A DNA stretch of 63,890 nt, filler included, from Atractiella rhizophila (GCA_021432655.1; 5 parts of 5 records of this genome joined end to end with filler, not necessarily neighbours in it), one strand, 5' to 3'; shown: positions 1 to 13,436, counted from the whole stretch's first letter. The notes: generated by a model from the letters alone, not told the origin. A program made the numbers and translations.

Positions 1-1634
1 GGAGTGGTGAGGTGTGCGGATGCGGGCGAGGTTGGGAGGTAAGTCGCTTTTCCTTCAGTTAAGGCGAATGCGATTGCGTTCTTTTGTTTCGTTTTGTGGT
101 TTTTTTGGTTCATATGGGTGCGAGGGAGCGGGAAGTAGGAGAGTGGAGGAAGTGGTTTGGTGTGGGAGTGGCGGGGAGGATAGGTGGGATGACGGGTCGA
201 TTCATGCAGGGCAGGAACGTATTACGTATTTTCTTTCCGAGAGGTGCAGAATGGTATAACGCATGCGATGGCGCTCTAAGAGAACAGAGGGGAGGAAGCC
301 GAGGAAGCTTAGCGCACAAAGTCCACCGATCGTGCATTCAATATTCAATACTGTAGCTATTCAAATGTTCAAAACTATCCACTCCTGTCAACTCGAAGAT
401 TGATTGATCGAACTTCATATGATGAGTTTGTGGCAATCTATATCGAGGGAGGAAGCATAGGGTTCCCATGATCGCGCTGAGAAAACCAGACGGTCGTGAA
501 ATCATTTATCTGCCAGTTTTGGCAAAACTATGCACGAGGGCTCGATCACAAACTTTTGGTGACAAGTCGTGAGGATGGAGTTTGAGCGAGCATCGGCGGT
601 TTGTCCCTGTGTCTGGCAGTCCTTCTCGAGCACTGTGTTTTTGCCCAGTTCGGTTGGGGTGACATACGTGCTGGTGAATGTTTGTCTCGATGACATGAAG
701 GAAAGGAGGAAGGAAGGCTTTGCCATCCATCTACATCCCTGACAGGATTTCTTTGTCATATACCCTAAAGCAAGCCAACAGCTGTCATCTCCGAACCTCG
801 AACGGTTAGTTCTTTTATTTATGCTAGACAGGCACACTGTCCCCCGTCCTGGAATATGTGTGGATCGAGAGAACGTTTGGATTGTTACCGTACACCAGTG
901 AAAAAGAAGTCGAAGTGAGCAGAAAGGATAGATCAGGGCTGAGGAGAGGCTCTAGCTGTTCTTCATCGAATAGCGTAGAGTCTAAGGACGCACAGAGGAA
1001 TCAGGTGGGGCCGTCGTGATCTATGAGTCTGATGAAGGATACGGAGAGACGACATTTTGAGAAGGCTGTTTCTTTTTCAGACGTTCGAGTTGCGTTCGTC
1101 ACTTTCTCCGGGACGCATCGCAGAATCTCCAAACTTGTATTGGAGCCGTGTGTGAACTCATGCTGCCTGCCCCTTCCTTATTGCTGTGTTGCAGTAGAGG
1201 TATAATTTCAAGCCCTCATGTCCGACGGCTCCTGCTAATCTTTCCTATCTGTGTCCCTACAAGCCGTCATCTTGCTGTGGATTAGATATGGGATAACAAA
1301 GGCTACATTTGACTTTGGGCAATTGAAGGGGAGATGGAGCAAGCAGCTTCAAACCAGTTGGTATTTCCCTCAACTGAGTATGACGAGAGTGACGGTGTAC
1401 TGTGTTGTTTTCTTTGAAGATGAATGCTGCACCCGTCGGCACTTGGGTATCGTGCGTGAGCCAATCATACTAATTAGTCGATTCCTTCCGTGTATACAGG
1501 ACCATCCTTTATGCAAAAGAGCACAATCTCTCCGTATCCGTTAAGGCCGGCGGACACGATATCAGCGGTTTTAGCGTGGAAGGAGATATCATTATCGACC
1601 TCTCCCTAATCGATGGGATCGAGGTCGCGCCTCC
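1..1634 (+). pseudogene. 5'-partial tandem duplicate of the FAD oxidase gene (end of exon 1, whole intron 1, first ~45 codons of exon 2)
   Basis: 1-1634 aligns with 1875-3509 at roughly 85-90% identity by eye. It keeps a donor (GTAAGT at 39), an acceptor (TACAG ending 1499) and TILYAKEHNLSVSVKAGGHD...IEVAPP. The frame then runs into the 5' UTR of copy 2 and stops at 1744-1746. The 5' end lies outside the window. Confidence 0.85.
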
Positions 1635-1742
1635 ACCCCTCTCTCCCTTCCACTCATTCCAATTCCAACTCCATCCAGCACCAGCATCAACAACCAATCA
1701 TCAAACGATCAACGCTCCATCCACCAACGCATCACCGCAACG

Positions 1743-4700
1743 ATGACCAGCAACGACACCCACCTCTCCAGCCTCCGCCGCCTCCTCCGCTCTCCCATCC
1801 ACCCGCCCTCCACCGGCGCATTCGACTCGCACACCGCGACGTTCAACAAGGCCACGAAGGTGGGCGGACGGGTGGGAGTGGTGAGGTGTGCGGATGCGGG
1901 CGAGGTTGGGAGGTGCGTTGCTTTTCTTTGACTGTTAATGTGAATTCGTTCTTTGCTTTGTTTTGTGGTTTTTTTGGTTCGTGTATGGGTTTGAGCGAGT
2001 GGGGAGTGGGAGAGGAGGAAGTGGCTTGGTGTGGGAGTGGCGAGGAGGATAGGTGGGACGACGGTTCGGATTCATGCAGGGCAGGAACGTATTACGTATT
2101 TTCTTTCCGAAAGGTTTAGAAAGGGATAACACATGCGATGGCGCTCTAAGAAAAGAGAGGGGAGGAAGCTGAGGAAGCATAGCGCACAAAGCCCACCGAT
2201 CGAGCATTTAATCAATAGCTGTTCAAATGTTCTGGTCCACTCGAAGATTGATTAGCCTCCAAATGATGAGTTTGTGGCAACCTATATCGAGGGAGGAAGC
2301 ATAGAGTCCGTGACAGCGCTGAGAAGACCAGACGGTTGTGAACTCATTTACTTGCCACTTTTAGCCAAACTGTGCGAGAGGGCTTGATCACAAACTTTTC
2401 CTGAGAAGTAGTAGGGACGGAGTAGTGGGGACGGAGTTTGATCGAGCATCGGCGGTTCGCCTGTGTCTGGCAGTCCTTATCGAGCACTGTGGTTTTGCCC
2501 GGTTCGGTTGGGGTGACATACGTGCTGGTGAATGTTTGTCTCGATGACATGAAGGAAAGGAGGAAGGAAGGCTTTGCCATCCATCTACGTCCCTGACGGG
2601 ATTTCTTCGTCATATACCCTAAAGGAAGCTAACAGCTGTCATCTCCCAACCTCGAACTGTTAGTCCACCGTGTTTTATTTATGCTAGGGAGACACACTGT
2701 TCTCCGCCCTGAACAGAGTGAATGGAGTCAATGTTTGGATCTGTTACGCTTACACCAGTAGAGAAAGAAGTCGAAGTGAGCAGAAAGGATAGATCAGGGC
2801 TCAGGAGAGGCTCTAGCTGTTCTTCATCGAATCCCGTAGAGTCTGAGGACGCACAGAGGAAGCAGGAGGGGCCGTCGTGATCTATGTGTCTGATGGAGAG
2901 ATACGAACAGACGACATTTTGAGAAGGCTTTTTTTTTCAGACGGTCGAGGTGCATTCGTCACTTTGCTGTGCGAGGCGTCGCAGAATCTCCAATTTGTGT
3001 TGGAGCCGTGTGTGAACTCATGCTGCCTGCGCCAATTCCTCGTTGCTGTTTGCAATCGTGGGAGTATTTTTCAAGCCCTCCATGTCCGACGGCTGTCTGT
3101 GCTAATCTTATTTGTGTCCCTACAAGCCGTCATCTTCGTGTGGATTAGATACTGTAAGTGGGATGACAAAGGCTGCGTTTGGACTTAGGGAATTGGAGGA
3201 GGGATGGAGCAAGCAGTTGATCAAAACTAGTTGGTATTTCACTCTACTGAGTATGACGAGAGTGGCGGTTTACTGTGTTATTTTCTTTTAAGCTGACTGT
3301 TGCACCTGTCGGCACTTGGGATATCGTGCCTGCGCCAATCGTACTAATCAGTCGATTCCTTCTGGTGTATACAGGACCATCCTTTATGCAAAAGAACACA
3401 ATCTCTCCGTATCTGTTAAGGCCGGCGGACACGATATCAGCGGTTTTAGCGTGGAAGGAGATATCATTATCGACCTCTCCCTAATTGATGGAATCGAGGT
3501 CGCGCCTCCTGCCTCTTCCTCTCCAAAGAATAAAACGGAAGGGCCACTACCGCTGAGCGAATCCGCTTTCTATGGCGAGATCTCCCTCACCCCGCTTGAA
3601 AAAGAGAAGAAAGGAGTGAAGAGGGCAGCTGGAGAAGCCTTTGAGGCGGAACAGTTCAGGGAAGAGGAAGGAGCGTTGCAGAAGAAGAAAGATGGGGGTA
3701 GCGATGGGATCGATCGAGTGGATGGAGGCGTAAAAGTGGAAACCCAGACGAGTGTGAAGGTGAATGCAGACCAAGAGACGACGGATACGCTCCGGTTGAG
3801 TGGTGGTGATACAGCTACGCTACCGACCATTGTCATCCCCGATGGAGTCGAACCTGGAGCGAACCAGAATCAGGAAGGACGTTCGGATTCAAATGCGTCT
3901 GACCTTTCCAACACCTCCACCCGTGCCACTTCACAGACGAATAGCAACCCAGTTTCGTCTCGCAGCTCCTCTTCCGATCTAAGACGCCCATCAGGCAAGG
4001 AGACAGACTTCTCCGACCCCAACGCGTTCTATTATCACCAAACCCAGCTGGGCTCGTTCGCGTCAAGAGCGCATCAGTCCCCCGGCGCTCTTCCACATGC
4101 CTCTTCACCATTCACGCCCCCCATGGGTGGATTCAACCTCCCTGCGCTCCCACCTTGGTTGGAAAAGCGAGATAGCGGATCGGCACCCGCATCTGGACCC
4201 TTTTGGGGGGTTGCGAAGGGGAAAGAAAGAGAGGCGGAGCGACCGGCTTACATGCTCGTAACGATTGGAGCGGGTTGCAAAGGAGAGGATATAGATTTGA
4301 AAACTTCCTTGTACGGCTACCAGGTACCAATGACGATCTTTCCGGTTGGTAGTGGTGCGTACCCTCTTCGATCCTAGTAAGGGGCTGAGAAGGATTTTCC
4401 AGCAATATTTGGAAACGGGGGATTCGGATTCCTCTCCCGTAGATATGGACTCGCTACCGATAACGTCGTGGAAGTCGAAATCGTCACGGCCAAGGGAGAG
4501 ATCTTGTACCTTCGTGAGGATGACGAAAGTGACGAGATGAAGGAATTGTGGTGGGCCTTCCGAGGTGCTGCATCTACTTTGGGCGTTGCGACGCGATACC
4601 GGTAGGTTTCTCGATCTTTCACAGTTGCTGGCCATCAACGAGATGAAAGTGTAAAAGCGTATCCTCTGCGGACCTGTTATTCAGGCGACATCGTCTATCC

Positions 4701-5699
4701 TTTTAATCCGCTTACTACACCCTCTCTCATCACTCACTGGCGCGACTGTTTAAAGGGTATAAAGAGAGAACTCTACTCCAACATCACTTTGACGGCTGGA
4801 GCAACACCCAATCAGCATGTAGTTGTGATGCAGATATGTTGGACAGGTTCGCACGGCACTTCCTTGTGATTCGATAGGTATCAATGATGAGGCAAATAGG
4901 AGAGAGGGAGGAAGGCGAAAAGATTGTCCAATCACTGACATCTTGGACAGGCGAAAGATCGCTTTTTTCGAATGTCTCTGAACGTTATTGGCTCGATCAG
5001 CAAGATAGCGTAAAACGCCTTCTGCAGCCCAAATCTGACCATAGGTGGTTTATTCGCGCTGACCTCGTTGAGTCGCTGCCCGACAAGATGATATACGAGA
5101 CGGTTCAACGATTCAAAGAAGTGCCAGAACGATGTGGTGTGTTGTCCGCTTTAGCCATTATGTCAGTGGTACTGAGGAGTCTGACCGGTCGTAGCTTGGT
5201 TGTTTGAAACTGCTGGCGGCGCCATTGGGGATATGGATGGGGATAAAAGCTGCATTTCGCAGAGAGCGAGAAAATGCCCTTTCTTTGTGCTCACGCTCCA
5301 CCAATGGGGGAATCCATTAGATGGTGCGTCGTCCTTTCGCTATCTAAGGAGGAAATTTAATGATCGCCAACTGTAGACGAGTCATGGCAACAATATGGCA
5401 TGCGCTGGATGGACCTCGTCGTCTCTCCTCAGTCTGGCGGTGGACCGTTCCCATCCTTCCTCGGAAAATTTGATCCTGCAGAGAAGGTCAAACAAACGTT
5501 TGGAGGCGACGAAGGTTGGTTAAGACTGCAAAGTCTTTGGGAGAGGATGGGTTCATGGGGAAAGGATGGAGGGACAGTATTTAGCAAAATCAGGAAAGAC
5601 TACCAGTATAACCCGCATTGGGAGGCAGTGGAAACGTTGGAGACTCATGAAACAGGCAGCCATGACAAAGTGGACGGTATTGATGGAGCAACTGCATGA
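1743..5699 (+). CDS. FAD-linked oxidoreductase (FAD_binding_4 / BBE-like), multi-exon
   Basis: Exon 1 (1743-1912, MTSND...VVRCADAGEVGR) splices over a 1462-nt intron (1913-3374) to TILYAKEHNLSVSVKAGGHD (flavinylation-type GGH motif). Later exons give GGFGFLSRRYGLATDNVVEVEIV and LWWAFRGAASTLGVATRY. The last exon is ORF 5400-5699. Confidence 0.85.
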
Positions 5700-6908
5700 T
5701 CTTCCTGATCAGCCCACTCCGATGCGCCTATGCGGCAAAGTAACTTCTTGATGCTCTGTTGTTTCTTGTCTCGTTTGGGTCGGATTAATAGTTAAATAGC
5801 TGATTAGTATCAATGTACGACAATCTACTAGTAGTCATCTCGGAAGTGGAATATCATTGTAGGCTGTGTTTGTTGGTATTCTGGTGTTACCTTCATTGCA
5901 ATGTGCCAGGTGAGTATGGCAGCAGGGGTAGGTTAATCTGGAGTGCAGCGGTGGACGAGATTCACTTTCGACATCGTGACAGTAATTACCATGGGGGTCT
6001 GCTTTTTTTATGAGACCTGGCTCATCTTTCTATGACTACTGGTCCAAATTTTCAATGATCTGTATCTGGTTGTTTGATGCGAACGCTCAACATTTTTGAA
6101 TATGTTCTAATGTAAGCGCCTGTCACATTCTACCTACCCCACAGGCATTATTATCGATAATTTTAAGAGCTTTTGCTTCTGTATGACGAACAGAGAACTG
6201 CATATTCGCTCTTGTTCCGAAGATTTACTGTCCTTAAGAAAGGACCTGAACACGAACACGGTGAGATCGTAGCCATTGCCGTTATCCCACTAAGCATGAT
6301 AACCCTTCGTACCTCATGGTTAATAAAGTAACACCAGGGTTTTGGTCAAAAGGACTTTTTTTTATGACACATCGTAGTTCTGGGGCATTGTTGAAGAAAA
6401 GCATAGTATGAAGCAAAGAAACAAGGAAGTAATGAGAAATTTCCCATCACAGTGAAATAAGAGTGCTATGCAAAGAAACTTGCATGCACCACCAAAAAGT
6501 GTGACAGATGAAAAACAGCAACTAGCTGATTCAAAAATGAGCACCCGAAGGTTTATAAAATGATGGCAAATGCTAATATTCCCTGTCAAAGCAGTCGTTT
6601 TTGCGCTGCTCCATCATTTTTCGAGGCTCGATGTGGTAAAAAGTGGATCACAGTCATGTCATTTTGGTCGACAGTGGATGAACAAACAGTGTTGTCCTCC
6701 GACAGTTGCGTTCCATAGCGGTCCCCATGCTCGGAACGTGAAGCCTCGTGGCGTGAGTGCACAAGGCTGATCCTCCTTCCTTAGATCTTCGATCCTTGTA
6801 TCGCCGAGGATCAACTTGAACGCATCGTGATAACCTGGACCTATGTAAGTGCATGATAAAAAGTGGATTAATTATCACTAATTATCGTAAACCTGCACCT
6901 GTGTCGAG

Positions 6909-8350
6909 ATGGGCGCTTTACCGGACAGCAGCTTTGACTCGCCGCCAGTAATTTTAGACGACACTATTGTGTTGATATTTTATTACCTCTCCAACCGGGA
7001 CCTATCAACTTGCTGTCGCACTTCACGGGCTTGGAATGCTATCGCACAACCTATCCTGGAGCGACGCCGTCACTTCAAGCTGAGTCTAACTCTCCCAGAG
7101 CAATTTGGATGGACGAAGCAGCAGGGACAAGTCCTTGAGAAAGAGCGACAGCTCATACGCTCCTCGAATGTCAAGAACATCCGCCATTTGGTACTATGGA
7201 ATAGAGCCTTCGAGGGCAAACGGGTTCCCAAAGACAATGCAAGCTGCATCTCGATGTTCGAAATCCTTCAAGAAGTGGCTCCTTACCTCAAATCACTTCT
7301 CATAGAATCCGAATTCCCTGCATTGGATAGAGCATTTACCTTTCCCCCATTACCAATGCTCAGAACCCTTACCATCGACTCCCACAGCGACAACGAGCAA
7401 AAGAAAAGTCTTCCCTTGATCTTTGATGACGCTTTTCCATACTTTTCAGCTAGCAGCCATCTAGAGGATCTTGCCCTCCCACAAATTGACCAGCTTTCTT
7501 CGGATCATCTCCCCTCGGATACGCTTGTCAGTCTAACAGTGACGACTAGACGTGGAGACCTGGACGAAGAGACGGAGAGGAGAATCAGTTCCCTGTTGCA
7601 CTTGAAGAAGCTTTATTGGGCGTTTGAAACAGCGCCAACCAACTGCATCCTTCCGACCTCTATCACGCATCTGACACTTCGTCTTGCAGATTGGTCACCT
7701 CAAACTTCGCGTTGGTCCGTTGAGAAGGCTTTTCCGAATTTCGCCTACCTCTCAAACCTTTCTTTCTTACACCTCTTCCATTGCGTTGCCTTATCTCCAC
7801 ATTTTCCGGAGTGCCAATTCAAGCTCTCAAAACTGGAAGTGGACGACATCTTGTGGAAGGAAAGCGACGGCGTCTTCAAACTTTTGCACAACTCATCAGC
7901 ATCATTATCCGAATTCGAATTTTCGAAGTATAGCCCCCAGCGCCTTCCCGACTGCTTTATCTCTACTGTGGAGGACGAAATAATCCTAATCCGACATTGG
8001 TCGATACTTTCAGATTACTAAACTCCAGAATAAACAGTGTGGGGTTTTACCAGCGCCTTCATCGCCCTTTTGAATCCGCGCAGGGGGATCTGAAAAGTGG
8101 ACATATATCATTTGGTGGGCATGAAGCAGTGCCCGACATCCTAGCTGCGTTGATTACTGCAATTGTGGAAGGATCACTCCCTTCCTTAAAGGGTGTTTCC
8201 GTGAGAGGAGAGATTGACAGTGAGGCGATGGAGACGCTCTACCGCTTAGGAACTGAACATCAATTCGAAGTCCAAAGTATGTCCGTTCTCGCCAACAGTG
8301 ACTACAGGTCTGATAGTTATCAAACCCAAAGAGTACAGCAATGTGCCTAG
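6909..8350 (+). CDS. F-box / LRR-like protein, paralog of 18571-19938, with a 1-nt frameshift near 7951 (pseudogene or sequencing error)
   Basis: N-terminal F-box-like ILDDTIVLIFYYLSNRDLSTCCRTSRAWNAIAQPIL. It is collinear with the 455-aa ORF, and homology switches frame at CGC CTT CCC GA/CTG CTT TAT, continuing as LLYLYCGGRNNPNPTLVD in ORF 7997-8350. Confidence 0.75.
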
Positions 8351-9416
8351 ACCTCCTCGTCGCCGGTTGGATCGCCAGCGCAACGGATAATACAACGTGA
8401 ACTCAAGTGACATGCTATTTGATGAATGATCCAGTTCGATTCTGACATCTGCTTATGCATTGTGATCCCTGGACGTGAGCTTTCCCAAGGTCATTGGTAG
8501 GTGAATGAACGATTTTGCGAGAAAGGTGACGTGGGAACAACACCTCGGTAACAGAAACCTTTAACCAGTAAGTGCTCGCAGTCTGAATCTGATCTGAAAC
8601 GTCTGAAGATCGAGTGTCTATGAATTAGTTCTTAGCTATTAGGTACTTTCAGAACGCTAGTGGTTAACAGATATATATGGTGGACTAAGAATGGTATGTA
8701 AGAGATGCACACTCTTCTTTCGGAAACCTTTCATTGCAGAAGAAAGAAACATGAGCGACACTCCCTTTCGTGCTCTCATGCTGTACGTGCTGACGCTTGC
8801 AATTGACGATCAAACGTACATAGAAAGATAGCGAGTAAGTGTAATTAGGGAAGCGAGGGTCTAGGAACTGGATATCATGCCATTACGTTCTGCAATCCAC
8901 TCGCTCCATCCCCCAACGTTCAGAAGGTGAAATAAATGGCAGGATTGGAAAGTCCCAGCTTCTCAGTGCTAACGTCTAAAACCCTTTGGATGGATATTAA
9001 TCCACATGCGTACTTGAATACAGGAGCATTCCCTCTACGTCCCAATAGTCTCTAACAATCATAACCCGAAGCTCTCTCCAGTGTTTCCGCCATACATTCT
9101 GACTGATAGCCACCTGTGCACTCCTATCGCCGCTTGATTTTCTAGATCCAATCCCCTACCCTCAATATCGACTCCTGCTCAACTGACTCAATCCAGCTCA
9201 GCTCAACCTCACGTTTGCGCAGTCATTCACGTGATTTCTTGCAACTTGGGATTTACCTCGCAGGAACGGCGAATCCGCGAAGAGTTGTGTACTGTTGTCT
9301 TCATTATTCTGTGGGGGAGTGATTGGCGCAGCATTTTGCTTGAACGAATATTGGGTGCCTTTCTTTCCAACCAATAGCCAGTCCCGTTCAACCAGAGAAA
9401 CTGTGGACGCGACAAG

Positions 9417-11046
9417 ATGACCTCTCGTCCGGCTTCTCCAAGAATTCGCTGGCCAAATATAAAGCTCGGACTTTCCGACGCCTCATGGGTCGGACGCATG
9501 AGTTCGATGGACGACCTGAAAGTTCTCTGCGTCCGTCTCTTTCCTTTTCGTCGCCTTCCCTCCTCTGCCTCAGGAACTTGCTGATGATGCGCGTGAGAAC
9601 AGCACGCCGCAGGTACGCGACACCTCCCATCCCTCAGGATTCCAGCGGTCCCAGAGTCCAAAGCCGTATACACCGTCTCGCTCAAGGGAAGCATGAGAGC
9701 TGTCGAAGGCACATGGTGGATCATTAACGAGTATAAGGCACCAGGGAGGTGGAATTGGGTCGATCAGGGCGAATGGTTCGTCTCCTTCGGGCTGTCTTGC
9801 TCCGCGCATTAATCATTAGGAGTGCAGGTCCAGCATGACAACTCAAGGGTATTCATACTTGTACCATTCCACGAAGATCCCTCATTTGCGTCGACATCAT
9901 TACAACATCGTCTACACTCCCTCCTCAGATCAATCCTCCTCGTCTCAACTTGAAGGCACTTCAAATACCCGACATCATCCTTCTCAAGGTTACGGTCCAT
10001 CACCAGCGAATCACCAACCGCAACAACAGAAACGTGTCTCGCTTTGGCTGATCCATTACGAACGATTGTCTACCACCTCCCGTCTACTCGATATCAGGAA
10101 TTCTGAATTTTACGATCCCATCGTGCGCACACAGGCACATGAACTCAGTTGGTACATGATCAAAAGCGTTGCCGTCAACGAGGAGAGCATGAGGCAGGAT
10201 GTGGATGGGCAGAGGCAGGCAGTTGTTCCTGCTTTAGACGTCCCAGAAACTGCAGATGACAGAGAGGCGTGGACGTCCCCCGCGCCTCCGGCACTACGAA
10301 ACGAGCGTCCTCCCGCCTCCTCCACTTTCGCGAACGACGTCCCGATGCAGGCGGACGAAGAGGATTCATTCCACTCCGTCCTCTCCCATCCTCCTACCAG
10401 CAATCCAAATCATCACTCATCTCTCAATTACAACTACAACAGGAACAACAATTCGAACAACCGCGGACCTTCTACCTACGTAGACAAACCATCCACATAC
10501 GGTGGACTACCACCTGAACCGCCGCCGTACGGTCACTCCCCACCAGCTCCAGTTCCCACGCAACTCCAACTCCAAAACCTCGCTCGTCTCGTCACTGGAG
10601 CAGGTACGCCTTCAGCGGGCGCTCCACCAGAATCTTTCTCCTCGCACAACGCCAACAAGGTCCAGAAACCTGACCAAAATCAGAATTCACCAATGACGGA
10701 AGACGACCTCTTACTTTCTGACCTACATGCCCGCGTCCTACCTCCGATTCATCGTCCGGACCTCTCTACAGATGACGAGGATTCGGTGGACATCGACGCG
10801 CACCTTAATGCTTGTCTCATATGGGAGACCAAGGTTGAAGTCGGGGGTGACGATTGGCCGGATAAGTGGCACTTTGGACGTTCAGAGACAGGGGCAGAGG
10901 CGGACGAAGGCGGGTTCGGGTTCGGACCGGTTGGGAAGGATGGGAGGAGGGTGGCGGATGTTCATACGCATTTGTTACTCGGAAAGGAGGAGGAAGAGAA
11001 GTTTAGGAGGTTTAAGAGACGTATGGCTATGAATAGGGAGAAGTGA
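9417..11046 (+). CDS. hypothetical protein, Pro/Asn-rich middle; start and 5' exons uncertain
   Basis: 403-aa ORF 9835-11046 is preceded by a TGCAG acceptor. Upstream exon-like segments (MTSRPASPRIRWPNIKLG..., ...WWIINEYKAPGRWNWVDQGE|GTTCGT) are compatible. No recognised domain. Confidence 0.55.
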
Positions 11047-11621
11047 CTTGGCTGCTGTATCTCTGTTTGTTCTCTTTCTGTGCATAGGCGTTTGTGGATG
11101 AGAAAGAGGATTGTTTGTATTTCTAGCGGAGAGCATATAATATATTCCACCAAACAACGCAGAGTTAACGTGAAGAAACCATCCTACTCAAATCAAATCA
11201 CAAAGTCCACCACTTTCCTGCAGATTTTCGGTTAAGCCGAAGTTAAGCTCTATAAACACTGGTACATCTGACGTTGCAATGGGATTTTACCTCAACTGGC
11301 AACTGGAAGCCAATCCGGCTACACTTGCTTGAATACCATCAGGTGCAGGAACCGCTTCGTCTTTCTAAGAGTAAAGTACATGCGCATCACACAACCTCAA
11401 CGTCAAGCCAAGCACGATCAAACAACGACCCAAGGAGGCACAAACCAAAAATGACAAAATGCGACGTGCAACATCAGCAAAATCACATCACGACTTCAAC
11501 ATCCACTTCAAACGTGAACCTGCGAGACGATGAACCGAATAAAATACGCGACTGATATTCCGCTCCTGCTTCTTCCATCCTATTCGTCACCGGACATCAG
11601 ACGGGTAGAGAACAGATCAAA

Positions 11622-13436
11622 TCAAACAGTCTTCTTCTTCAACTTGATCTTCACCTCCTCTCCCCTCTGAAACGGCGTTCCATAATTCCTTCCAACCCAA
11701 TCTATCATCCAATTCATCCATCAGCACATGATCATACAGGGGGATATGGTGGGGGGAGGGGGGAAAACGTACCAGCCCAAGCCCCTACACCGTCGACTCC
11801 ATCCCCTTCTTCCAGACCTACAAACTCGATGTCGTAGTCCCTTGCGAGGCCAGCAAAGAATCGATCGACCATCATGAACCGTGCGAGTTTCTCTCCAGGG
11901 CAGGCGTGTTGTCCTAATATTGATGAAATCAATCAGCCCTTATCTCCTAACAGCAGAAGGCGCTGCGAGTAACAGAAGGGAGAATAGACGGACCAATTCC
12001 AAATTGGTAGAATTCGCAGTTCTTGATCCACCTCTGATATTTGAAGTCTTCCTTCTTCACTCCTCCCGCCTCCTCCTCCGCCTCCTCCAAGAATCTCTCC
12101 GGCCGCCACTCCTCCGGCTTCTCAAACACATTCTCATCATGTCCAGAAGCGAGTGGTGAGCAAACAATGGTAGTTCCAGGGGGCACAGAAGTATTGAGCA
12201 CCTGTACGTATTTTCTGGTGCTCGTGAGACGGAGGACGGTGAGGAGGGAGTAGAGACGACCAGTCTCCCTCATACAAGCATCCATGAACGGTTTTGCTCC
12301 CATCTTGTCCTCCTCCCCCACCCTCTCCGCAGCCTCCAATTCCTCCCTCCATCTCTCCAACGTGCCTTTCTTCGAATAAGCGTGCAGGACCGTCCAACAC
12401 ATGGTCGGGACGAGGTTGGCCCAGAAGGCGAAGAGGGTGATGAGTATCAGCCCGGCGAACGATTCGGAGTACTTCTCCTCGTGTACCGTGGTAAGGTAAT
12501 AGAGGAAATCTGGACGTTCTTCATGTTTTTCCCGCTCCGCATAGATCCCTCTCAACTCCCCTCGAATCATGTCTTGCAACCTCGTAACTGCTCCATTGAC
12601 CCTCCTACCTCCTTCAAAGAGTCCCCAGAGGGAATAAGGCACGAAACGGATCCTCCAATCCAACGGTCCCTCCTCGAAATCAGCCATGATTTGGAGCAGT
12701 TCCTCCATGTGAGCGGTGGCGAAGGTCCGTCCGAACATGACGGTGAAGCCGTGGGCGTGGGCAAGGTCGGAGGTGGAGGAGAAGAAGTCGACACCGTCTG
12801 GTGAGCTCGCCCAGCGCGAGAAGTGGGTCGAACAGATCGAGGAGACGGATTCGGTCAGGACGGAGTGTCGTCCTGGTCCTAGAAGACCGGTGCGGATCGA
12901 CTTCGCTGCGCCGTTGAACCAGTTGTTGGGCGTCTCGACGGCTGGACACCATTCGCAAGGTCAGTCATCAGCGCTTCGGAGTACGAAACTGAGGCCTTTA
13001 GATCTCTTTAGGTCAGGATGATGCGGAGGATTGAGTAGCATATATAATCCATGGTCTTGTATACGGAAAACAAAGACGGAGGCAATGGGAGAATGAAAGA
13101 CATACTTTTCTCGATATGCCTCCCAAATACCAATGGCACATACTTGAAGAAGCTGGCCTCTTCCTCCTTCAAATTCGCCAAAGCCATAGTGCCTTTCGGT
13201 CCGACGAAGAAGACCCACTTCCAAATGAGCAGATCCATGGTGAAGGCCTCGCCGTACTCCTCCCTCGCCTTCTGCAAGAAGGCGATTGGGTCCGCCGCGT
13301 ACTCCTTGAGCTTGGCGAAGCGATTGAAGGGCGAGAAGCCCCCGACGGTGGGGATCCTGCCGAGTGGTGCGTTCCAGACGTAGAAGCGGTAGACGATGTA
13401 GGCGAGGACGAAAAGGGGCAGATAGAGATAGGACAT
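11622..13436 (-). CDS. cytochrome P450 (CYP7/CYP51-clan-like)
   Basis: N-terminal TM anchor, DPIAFLQKAREEYGEAFT, ExxR (MRETGR), PERF (WRPERF) and heme motif FGIG|QHACPGEKLA split by an intron. The last exon reads DWVGRNYGTPFQRGEEVKIKLKKKTV*. Confidence 0.92.

Noticed and set aside
502..837. Antisense ORF conserved between 502-837 and 2344-2613
   Set aside because: The similarity is explained by the recent duplication. Indels change the frame between copies and there is no domain.
6360..6600. AT-rich, CpG-poor patch (similar patches ~20330-20700 and ~35900-36420) as TE relics
   Set aside because: No TIR, TSD or transposase motif is recognisable, and composition alone is insufficient.
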